The notes under the pieces are model-generated. The model was not told the DNA's origin. It ran no database searches and saw only the letters and a list, made by a program, of their open reading frames with translations. From Bacteroidales bacterium (GTDB taxonomy: Bacteria > Bacteroidota > Bacteroidia > Bacteroidales > UBA4417): 64,000 bases of DNA. Within the stretch, counting starts at the first letter, position 1, and each line of letters starts with the position of its first letter. The position numbers and the translations under genes were made by a program. The stretch lies in NCBI GenBank assembly GCA_016707705.1, contig JADJHD010000020.1:8918-72917 (forward strand). The letters run 5' to 3'. Positions 32,820 through 40,875 of the stretch are shown here, in pieces.

Positions 32820-35324
32820 ATGAAAATTTCGAAACACTACACCCTCCTCCTATTCCTGTTTCTTATTAACTTACTAACCAATGCCACCGTGCCTGATAGA
32901 ACAGGCTGGTGGAAATTCGACATCCCCTCCAATCTGCAGAAAGCTGAGTCAGGCTATGGCGCTGACCTTATCCTTTCCGGTTCGCATTCTTCGGCTTCTG
33001 GTCCGGAGGCTGGAAATGGGGCTACAAAAATAGGAGCCGGAAGTTATTATAAGATGCAGCATCTGATTCCTGGCAATGGAGGTGGAAGCTTTGTAAATGA
33101 ATATACTCTTCAATTCGATTTTAAGGTATCATCAACAACAGCCTGGCACGCATTCTTCCAAACGTCTCAAGGCAACAGCAATGACGGAGACTTTTTTATT
33201 AATCCAAGCGGTAATATAGGTGTTGCTGCTGTAGGTTACAGTGCTTATTCGGTAAACCCAAATGAATGGTACCGACTGATTATATCAGTTAAAAACGGAA
33301 GTTTTTTTAATTGCTACCTTGACGGACAATTTCTTACAGTTGGTAATGTTCAGGATGTCGATGGACGTTTCTCCCTTGAAAATCTATTGCTCATTTTCGC
33401 TGATGATGATGGCGAAGATTCAGAAATATACTGTTCCGAACTTGCCATCTGGGATCAAGCCCTGAATACCGAACAAGTCAATGAATTAGGAGGCTTCGGA
33501 CATAACGCCGGACTCTTTCTGATGACCAGGATCCCCTATCTTCAAGCCCCTGGTAAAACCTCAATGACAGTTTGCTGGCATGATGTTGCTTCAACCAATA
33601 CCCGGGTGAGCTATGGAATAGATAGTACTCTGGGAACCGTAATAAATGGCACCAATGAACTCATTAGCGACCCATTTCGCTGGCATTCAGTCTCATTAAC
33701 TGGTCTTCAGGCAAATACCCGATATTATTACAAGGTTGGAAGCGGAGATGGAGAATCCGGAATCTATTCCTTTAAAACCTTGCCGGATAACACCTATAAT
33801 GGCAAGCTTCGTTTCATTCTCCTAAGCGATACACATGCCTCTGACACAACAATGGCGGGCAAGGTATTGAGAGCTGCCCGGCAAAAAATAATAGATTCCT
33901 ATGGCCCGGATATCGAAAATCATCTGAATGGAATACTACATTCCGGAGATATCGTTGTCAGTGGTGATGTACCAAAACAATATTCCATGCAGTATTTTCA
34001 GCCATTATCGGCATTATCAGCTAATGTCCCAACTATGGTTGTTGCCGGAAATCACGAACTGGAAAGTCCTTATTTCTATCAATACCTGAAAATGGATGAA
34101 TTATCGGCATTCCCACAGAATCCAGCTCTGAAAGAGAAAATCTGGCAGATTCAGTATGGGAATGCGCTGTTTATTGGCCTTAATACAAACATTTCTGATC
34201 AGTATGGAGAAACACAGGCAAACTGGCTTGACTCCAGGCTTAACGAAGCAGAAACTGATGCCAGTATTGATTTTGTATACATTTTCTTCCACCATCCCCC
34301 TATTTCAGAGCTATGGATTGTTGGAGGAACTGAATATGTAAATAGCAGATTACTACCTGTAATGAAAAAATACTCCAAGGTGCGGGAAATTCACTATGGT
34401 CATACCCATGGATATGAGAGAGGTACAGAAACATCTGAAATACCCGGCGGAGATATACGAATGATATGTAATGGAGGCGGTGGTGGCGGACTTGATCCAT
34501 GGGCTGCAGGTGAAAATCAGGACTATAATGATATCCATATCTGCATAAGCAACTATTTCTTTCAGCTGCTTGAAATAGATGTAGAAGATCATTCATACCA
34601 AAGTTCAATCTTTAGCCTAGGTACTCTATCTAAACCCAAGAACTCCGAACTAATCGACCAATGGCATAAGGTTAAAAATCAATCCAGGCCAACAAAACCA
34701 TCCATAGAAAGCATCACATCAACAGAAAATTACATTGAATTCACAAGCTCTGTATTCTCCGGAATTGACTCAATTATGTCTGTAAGGTTTCAAGTCATCG
34801 ACAGCAGCATGATTCAATCTGTTGCAATAGATTCCACAATAAACTGGACTAACACTTATGGTGTCGACTCTAATGGAAATCCGATAGACCTAAATAAGTA
34901 CATCAATCTTTATCAAAACAGAATTAACAAGTCGCAATTATCAGAATCGGGAAAATATTATTTAAGGGTTCAATACAGGGATCAAAATTTGAACTGGAGC
35001 AACTGGTCTGAGATGACTGCATTCAACCCACTTGGGGTGAAACAAAATCCAAAAGTGGAGCATGGCTATCTATTGGAACAGAACTACCCTAACCCCTTCC
35101 GTGAAAAAACTACCATTTTATACAGCCTGCCCAAAAGTGGTGACGTCAGTTTTTACATCTATGATATCAACAACAAGTTGATTGAGGTAATTCAGCAGGG
35201 TAAAAAGTCTAAGGGAACACATGAATTTATTTACTCACCCCGGAATCTTAATACTGAAACCTTGTTGTATGAAATGAAAGTCAACAACATCGTCATTTCA
35301 AGAAAAATGATTTGCTCAAAGTAA
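32820..35324 (+). CDS. T9SS-sorted fusion protein: LamG-like module, purple-acid-phosphatase-like metallophosphoesterase and a C-terminal sorting domain
   Basis: Has the same N-terminal module as the upstream gene. Metallophosphoesterase motifs follow: LLSDTHA, GDIV, GNHE, FFHHPP, GHTHGYER. The tail reads NYPNPFREKTTILYSL. Confidence 0.75.
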   Translation: MKISKHYTLLLFLFLINLLTNATVPDRTGWWKFDIPSNLQKAESGYGADLILSGSHSSASGPEAGNGATKIGAGSYYKMQHLIPGNGGGSFVNEYTLQFDFKVSSTTAWHAFFQTSQGNSNDGDFFINPSGNIGVAAVGYSAYSVNPNEWYRLIISVKNGSFFNCYLDGQFLTVGNVQDVDGRFSLENLLLIFADDDGEDSEIYCSELAIWDQALNTEQVNELGGFGHNAGLFLMTRIPYLQAPGKTSMTVCWHDVASTNTRVSYGIDSTLGTVINGTNELISDPFRWHSVSLTGLQANTRYYYKVGSGDGESGIYSFKTLPDNTYNGKLRFILLSDTHASDTTMAGKVLRAARQKIIDSYGPDIENHLNGILHSGDIVVSGDVPKQYSMQYFQPLSALSANVPTMVVAGNHELESPYFYQYLKMDELSAFPQNPALKEKIWQIQYGNALFIGLNTNISDQYGETQANWLDSRLNEAETDASIDFVYIFFHHPPISELWIVGGTEYVNSRLLPVMKKYSKVREIHYGHTHGYERGTETSEIPGGDIRMICNGGGGGGLDPWAAGENQDYNDIHICISNYFFQLLEIDVEDHSYQSSIFSLGTLSKPKNSELIDQWHKVKNQSRPTKPSIESITSTENYIEFTSSVFSGIDSIMSVRFQVIDSSMIQSVAIDSTINWTNTYGVDSNGNPIDLNKYINLYQNRINKSQLSESGKYYLRVQYRDQNLNWSNWSEMTAFNPLGVKQNPKVEHGYLLEQNYPNPFREKTTILYSLPKSGDVSFYIYDINNKLIEVIQQGKKSKGTHEFIYSPRNLNTETLLYEMKVNNIVISRKMICSK

Positions 35325-35495
35325 ATTAATTTACACTTCAATCAACTGATTAACTGTGTACTACAATTTCGCATACCTTCTATTCGGCAATTAAAACGCC
35401 ATTCTGGATATTAGAAACTAATTTGGGATTTTAGCTTGGTTGATAATCTTTCCAAAATTCAAACAAGTAACTCCCGTCTTAATTAAAACCTGAAT

Positions 35496-36266
35496 ATGAT
35501 GAAACATTTTTCGATTACTCTAGTCTTCTTCTTCCTTCTAATTGCAGTGAACCTGAATGCACAACCCAGGGAAGGATATAAATTGGTATGGGAAGATGAG
35601 TTTGACCGGCCTGCACTTGATTCATTATCATGGAGTCATGAACTGGCAGAACCCGGATGGGTGAACAACGAATTGCAGAGATATACGAATGAGAATATTG
35701 AGATTTCAGATGGTGCCCTTAAAATAATTTCAAGAAGGGAGAATAATGAATATACCTCTGCCAGATTAATTACCCGGGACAAACGAACTTTCACTTACGG
35801 TCTCTTTGAAATCAAGGCTAAACTTCCTGAAGGCACTGGCACATGGCCGGCACTATGGATGCTGGGTCAGAATATTGGCAAAGTAGGTTGGCCTGCATGC
35901 GGTGAATTGGATATCATGGAACACGTTGGGAAGCACCCTGATTTTATTCACTCTACTGTCCATAATCCTTCAGGATATGGTGCCACTCCATACACAGGAA
36001 TCATTCAGATTGAAGATCCCTTTAACACCTACCATATCTACAGCATGGAATGGACCAAGGATTTTGTTGATTTCTATACTGATGGTAAGCTAGTGTATCA
36101 TTATCAGCCTGAAATTAAAAATGCTGATAACTGGCCATTTGACAAACCCTGCTATTTCATTTTCAATATAGCCATAGGTGGAAACTGGGGTGGGCCAGTT
36201 GTTGACGACAAGATATTTCCGGTAACAATGACTGTTGATTGGATCAGAGCATTTGAGAAAAAATAA
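35496..36266 (+). CDS. GH16-family beta-glucanase (laminarinase-like)
   Basis: The GH16 catalytic signature E-x-D-x-x-E is present as GELDIMEHVG, with WPALWMLG upstream. Has a signal peptide; 256 aa. Confidence 0.85.
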   Translation: MMKHFSITLVFFFLLIAVNLNAQPREGYKLVWEDEFDRPALDSLSWSHELAEPGWVNNELQRYTNENIEISDGALKIISRRENNEYTSARLITRDKRTFTYGLFEIKAKLPEGTGTWPALWMLGQNIGKVGWPACGELDIMEHVGKHPDFIHSTVHNPSGYGATPYTGIIQIEDPFNTYHIYSMEWTKDFVDFYTDGKLVYHYQPEIKNADNWPFDKPCYFIFNIAIGGNWGGPVVDDKIFPVTMTVDWIRAFEKK

Positions 36267-36319
36267 GTGGCAGAATACAAATTTCGGAGTCCTTGATTTT
36301 GCTTAATCATGAATTGGAA

Positions 36320-37423
36320 ATGAATGCAGGAATCACAAAAAATCGTCGAATTGCATCAATTGATGCGTTAAGGGGATTTGATATGTTGTTTATCATATTT
36401 CTAGACCATCTTTTTAACTCAATCAATGTTGGAGCAGGATCACCCTTTACCAAAGCAGTAGCTCGCCAATTTGATCATCCTGAGTGGTTTGGTTCAACGA
36501 TTTATGATATCGTTATGCCGCTCTTCCTTTTCATCGTTGGTGCAGCTATTCCATTTTCTTTATCAAAATATGGGGAGAAAGGATCAAAATCGACTGGCAT
36601 TTACATGAAACTAATCCGGCGATTTATCATCCTGTTTATACTTGGATGGATAGTTCAGGGGCACTTACTCGATTTTAATATAGAGACCTTCAGTATCTTC
36701 AGCAATACGCTGCAAGCCATTGCAGTTGGCTACTTGTTTTCAGCACTTTTCTTCCTCCATTTCAAAAGAAATACTCGCCTCATAATATTCGCATCTTGTT
36801 TGATATTGTATGTTATGCTGCTCACCATTCCGAATGTACCCGGCGTTGGGCGGGGAGTATTATTGCCAAGCAGCAGCTTTGCATGGTATGTTGACCAGAT
36901 TGTATTTGGCAGATTTCAGGATGGCACACAGTACACCTGGTTTCTGAGCGGTTTGGGCTTTGTAGCTACAACCATGTCTGGAGTGTTTGCAGGCGAACTA
37001 ATCAAATCGGATCTTCCGGGAAAGAAGATTGCATTATACCTTTTTCTAATTGGATTAACTGGACTATTGCTGGGTATGTTTGCAGGTATCTGGCATCCAA
37101 TTATCAAAAAGCTCTGGACAAGTTCATTTGTGCTTGCCTCTTCCGGCGTATGTTTCATGCTGCTTGCACTCTTTTACTGGATAATTGATGTTAAGGGTAA
37201 AACCAGATGGGCCTATCCTCTCAGGGTAATTGGGATGAATGCCATCGTTGCCTACGTGCTTTCCCATGTATTCAATTTTCACCTGATAGCTGAACAGGTC
37301 CTCTTTGGACTGAAGCAGTATGTTGGCAATTTCAATTATCTGGTCCTGACAATCGGAGGCTTTGGGATACTCTATCTTATTCTTTGGTACATGTATAAGA
37401 ATAAAACTTTCATCAAGGTCTGA
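36320..37423 (+). CDS. Polytopic membrane protein, DUF5009 / heparan-alpha-glucosaminide N-acetyltransferase-like acyltransferase
   Basis: RIASIDALRGFDMLFIIF N-terminal motif and about 10 TM helices. ATG at 36320; the listed start is TTG. Confidence 0.6.
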   Translation: MNAGITKNRRIASIDALRGFDMLFIIFLDHLFNSINVGAGSPFTKAVARQFDHPEWFGSTIYDIVMPLFLFIVGAAIPFSLSKYGEKGSKSTGIYMKLIRRFIILFILGWIVQGHLLDFNIETFSIFSNTLQAIAVGYLFSALFFLHFKRNTRLIIFASCLILYVMLLTIPNVPGVGRGVLLPSSSFAWYVDQIVFGRFQDGTQYTWFLSGLGFVATTMSGVFAGELIKSDLPGKKIALYLFLIGLTGLLLGMFAGIWHPIIKKLWTSSFVLASSGVCFMLLALFYWIIDVKGKTRWAYPLRVIGMNAIVAYVLSHVFNFHLIAEQVLFGLKQYVGNFNYLVLTIGGFGILYLILWYMYKNKTFIKV

Positions 37424-37545
37424 TATCCGAAAAAGTTAAATTTTTGCTCAGAATGTCAGTTTGCAGGATAATGAGGTCCGGTTACTAAATCCAATTGAAT
37501 TAAATCACTCTTGAATTCTTCATGCATATTATAAACACAATTAAG

Positions 37546-38406
37546 ATGAGGAAAAGCATTATTCCCTTAATTACAATTCTTCTAACTGGTCTTTGTTCCT
37601 ATGCTCAGATTGAGATAAAACTTTACAACAATGGTGCTGAGGAGAATAACGGCATTATCGAAAAGGAAGAATTGCATGGTACCTCTTGGGTCACCAATGT
37701 TACTGAAGCAAGGATGTATGCCTATTTTGCACCAAAGGATATTAACACAGGAACGGCAGTACTGATCTGTCCCGGAGGTGGATATGGAGGACTGGCTGTA
37801 GAGCATGAAGGATCAATGGTTGCAAGTTGGTTGAATTCAATTGGAATTTCTGCATTTGTCCTTTATTATCGTATGCCAAACTTCCATTCTGAAATTCCTT
37901 TGAAAGATGCTCAAACAGCTATTGAACTTATTCGCAGCAATTCTGCAAAGTGGAGTATAGACACCATTAGAGTAGGAATATTAGGTTTCTCAGCAGGAGG
38001 ACATCTGGCATCTGTTGTGGGCACCTGTTTTGACAAGGAAAATCGTCCGGATTTTATGGTTCTTATCTATCCGGTAATCATGATGACTTTGGGGGACGGT
38101 ACCTGCAGAAACCTGCTGGGTGAAAATCCGACAGACCAGCAATTGAAAAAATTCTCAACCAATCTTCAGGTCAGTAAAACTACCCCTCCTACCTTTATTG
38201 TTGCGGCAATTGATGATGACGTAGTATCCATTGAACATAGCTATAAATTTTATCAGGCTTTGCAAGAGCAACATATCTTATCGGAGATACTGGCATTTCA
38301 ATCCGGTGGACATAGTTTTGGAATGAAGAAGAGAGGGCTGGAGACTGACAACTGGACCGAAATTCTGCACTCCTGGCTAAAGAAAAACAAATGGGCTGCA
38401 GAATGA
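37546..38406 (+). CDS. Secreted alpha/beta-hydrolase (acetyl-esterase-like)
   Basis: Signal peptide MRKSIIPLITILLTGLCSYAQ, oxyanion-type CPGGGYGG and the nucleophile elbow GFSAGGH. Confidence 0.75.
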   Translation: MRKSIIPLITILLTGLCSYAQIEIKLYNNGAEENNGIIEKEELHGTSWVTNVTEARMYAYFAPKDINTGTAVLICPGGGYGGLAVEHEGSMVASWLNSIGISAFVLYYRMPNFHSEIPLKDAQTAIELIRSNSAKWSIDTIRVGILGFSAGGHLASVVGTCFDKENRPDFMVLIYPVIMMTLGDGTCRNLLGENPTDQQLKKFSTNLQVSKTTPPTFIVAAIDDDVVSIEHSYKFYQALQEQHILSEILAFQSGGHSFGMKKRGLETDNWTEILHSWLKKNKWAAE

Positions 38407-38479
38407 TATTAAATCTGCAACCCAATGAAGTAGTTTTATTTAACGGGCCAAAATGGACCGGGCTTAAAGAGGTATGAGG

Positions 38480-39211
38480 CTACTTAACTTGTATCTCAGC
38501 ATCCTCCAAAATAATCTTAAAGAAATATCCTGCACCGAAATCCTTGTTCAGACTTACCTTGCCTTTAACAGTCAGAATCTGATCTAAAGAAGCTGTATCA
38601 TCGGTAGTAAAAGTAAGGTCAAAATTTCCTGAAAAATCACTTCCATCCTGAATATGAACCCAGTTCTTACCCATAATCATTGGGTTGTATTTAGTAACCT
38701 TACCTGATATGGTTACTACCTGATTTGCATATTGGGTATGATTTTCATAAAGTTCAGCAATTGTTATTCCTCCTTTGGCTTTTGGAACTGATGCATCAAT
38801 CTTTTCCGGGGCTTCCTGCTTTCTCTCTGCTGCAGGAGCAGCTGCGGTTTCATTGCCTGTTAATGGCTGATCACTGATATTCTGGACAAAAAATACGGTT
38901 TCGAAGGTCTTTCCAAGCTCCTTGCTTTCAAAGTTGTTCATCTCCAATGGGTTGGTGTAATAATAAACATCACCTTCCTTTGCTTCACGCTTTGTAACAG
39001 CAATCCAGCTTTCAGCTCCGCCTTCTTCCATCAACAGATAGGTATATTTGGTGGTTTGAAGAATTTCAACCACTTCACCTTTAAACACTCCTTCCGGAAG
39101 TTTTTCCTTTTCCGATTTCTTCTGTGAATTATTCCAGAACGGAACAGAAATAACTACGATACCGAAAACTATAAGTAAAATGGTTATGAGTTTTTTGGAG
39201 TTGATCTTCAT
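38480..39211 (-). CDS. Membrane-anchored protein with two OB-fold-like halves; paralogue of 50587..51360
   Basis: N-terminal TM helix. The C-terminal half ITIAELYENHTQYANQVVTISGKVTKYNPMIMGKNWVHIQDGS...KGKVSLNKDFGAGY aligns with 50587..51360. The pattern resembles bacterial OB-fold (YgiW-like) proteins, but this assignment is weak. Confidence 0.55.
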   Translation of the reverse strand: MKINSKKLITILLIVFGIVVISVPFWNNSQKKSEKEKLPEGVFKGEVVEILQTTKYTYLLMEEGGAESWIAVTKREAKEGDVYYYTNPLEMNNFESKELGKTFETVFFVQNISDQPLTGNETAAAPAAERKQEAPEKIDASVPKAKGGITIAELYENHTQYANQVVTISGKVTKYNPMIMGKNWVHIQDGSDFSGNFDLTFTTDDTASLDQILTVKGKVSLNKDFGAGYFFKIILEDAEIQVK

Positions 39212-39252
39212 TGTTTTCTTTTTATTTATTGACTTGATTAAAAAGTATAAAC

Positions 39253-40869
39253 CTAGAAACGCTTACTAAGGTTCACATAGACATTATTATAATTTTTCCC
39301 TTTTTCAAAAGTTCCTTCATAATTCAATGAACAGGAAAGCTTGCTCATGATGCGCCAGTTAAGTCCCAGTTCGCCCATATGCTGCCTTACAGCTGTTTCC
39401 TGACTTACAAAGGTATAATGTACCATTCTGTATCCCAGATCGGCATATACCTTGCCTTTGAAAATATCACGCGCAAACGACAACCCGTAAATATCACTGT
39501 TCAGATAGGAGGTTTCCATGATGGTCGCTGATAAGGTTGCAGAGGCATTCAGCCATGGGACTGCAGGAAATGTCAGATATCCATAGAGATTCTTACTGGC
39601 TCGTGAATCATTGGTACCGAGCCTGTATCCTCCATTGCATCCCACAGTGAAATGCTTTGTCCTGTAGTTTAACTGAGCATTGTAACCGGTTGTACTTGCA
39701 CTTTCCAGCAATCGCTGAATGAAATCCTTGTAGGTTTCATAGTAGATCACATTTTTTCTCTCGCTATACGACAGTGAAACACTAAATCTCTTTGTCACCC
39801 TGTATCTGACAGAAGCGTAGAGATTTGAGATCCTTGGTGATCTATCGTTCATCAGGATAGAATCCTGGCTGTTAAATACCTTATTATACAAATCCAACTC
39901 CATGGAACCAAAGAGTGTAATGTTCTTAACCGGTGTATTGGAATGCTGTATATAGGCAAATCTTCGGTCAGTGAGACCTGCATTTTTCTGTTCAACAAAT
40001 GCCAGAGATGTTTGGAAGGAACTCAATTTCCCAGAATGCTCATGATTGATATAGCCTCCGTACTGCAGCAAATTGAAGTTGAAACCATAATCCCTTGAAT
40101 CAGGACGACTCCCTGCTATAGCCCCAACAGTAAACTGACCAGCCTTGAATTCGTACTGAAGTCCATCTACTGCACCCATATTGGAAAGCCGTGGATTTAT
40201 TCTTCGTCCGATCCATATAGAGTTTTTGGGGTTGAGAGCATAATTAAAAGCCAGACTGTAGATCTTCAATCCGTTGAACAGATTCTGACTTATCAGATTC
40301 CAATCTCCCAATTTATGCGAGAATGTAACATAGGTTTCTGCGGAAAGCTTGCTCCCTCCAATATTCCTGTAATTGGAAACAAGAGTATAACGCAGCCGCT
40401 CCGATAAATCCGAATTGCTTGAAATACCAGTATAGGAGGCAACTGATAATCTTCCGGAAAAATCAGCTTTCTTTTTAGTTACCTGCACATCTGCTACTGA
40501 ATCCTTCACAATAAGTTTGGTCCTAGTCCCAGGAGTAACTTCTTCAGCAACACTTTCACTTGAAGTAGTAGGAACCAATCCTTTATGGGCCAATGTTTTA
40601 TCCCCAACTTTAAAGGTATTGCCATCCATGGGTGAACCAACACAGGAGATGGAAGATAGTTCTTCAACCTTGATACCGGGAACAAAACTTCCATTCTTAG
40701 AAATAAAGAGGGTATCCCCAGCTTTAAGGTTTTCAGTTGAAGTAAACTTGACATATACATGCTGACCGGTAACGAAAGTTACTGTTCCAACATTATCAGT
40801 ATCAAGTTCCTGGGAAAAGGCATAAACCCCAACCAGCATTAAGATGGCAAAAACTATTAAATGTTTCAT
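39253..40869 (-). CDS. Predicted outer-membrane beta-barrel protein, candidate porin partner of the cytochromes
   Basis: Signal peptide MKHLIVFAILMLVGVYAFSQ. Alternating hydrophobic beta-strand patterns run throughout. The C-terminus ...VYVNLSKRF ends in Phe. It starts 6 nt after the 960-aa cytochrome stops. Confidence 0.6.
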   Translation of the reverse strand: MKHLIVFAILMLVGVYAFSQELDTDNVGTVTFVTGQHVYVKFTSTENLKAGDTLFISKNGSFVPGIKVEELSSISCVGSPMDGNTFKVGDKTLAHKGLVPTTSSESVAEEVTPGTRTKLIVKDSVADVQVTKKKADFSGRLSVASYTGISSNSDLSERLRYTLVSNYRNIGGSKLSAETYVTFSHKLGDWNLISQNLFNGLKIYSLAFNYALNPKNSIWIGRRINPRLSNMGAVDGLQYEFKAGQFTVGAIAGSRPDSRDYGFNFNLLQYGGYINHEHSGKLSSFQTSLAFVEQKNAGLTDRRFAYIQHSNTPVKNITLFGSMELDLYNKVFNSQDSILMNDRSPRISNLYASVRYRVTKRFSVSLSYSERKNVIYYETYKDFIQRLLESASTTGYNAQLNYRTKHFTVGCNGGYRLGTNDSRASKNLYGYLTFPAVPWLNASATLSATIMETSYLNSDIYGLSFARDIFKGKVYADLGYRMVHYTFVSQETAVRQHMGELGLNWRIMSKLSCSLNYEGTFEKGKNYNNVYVNLSKRF

Positions 40870-40875
40870 AAGCCT

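Noticed and set aside
29903-33514. Possibility that the periodic repeats are a CRISPR array or another non-coding array
   Set aside because: The repeats are 618 nt long, in frame, and encode a conserved protein module. No short direct repeats with unique spacers occur anywhere in the window.
38407-38479. Expected bidirectional terminator between the convergent esterase gene and the last cytochrome-operon gene
   Set aside because: I could not find a convincing GC-rich hairpin with T or A tracts in this 73-nt gap, so none is reported.
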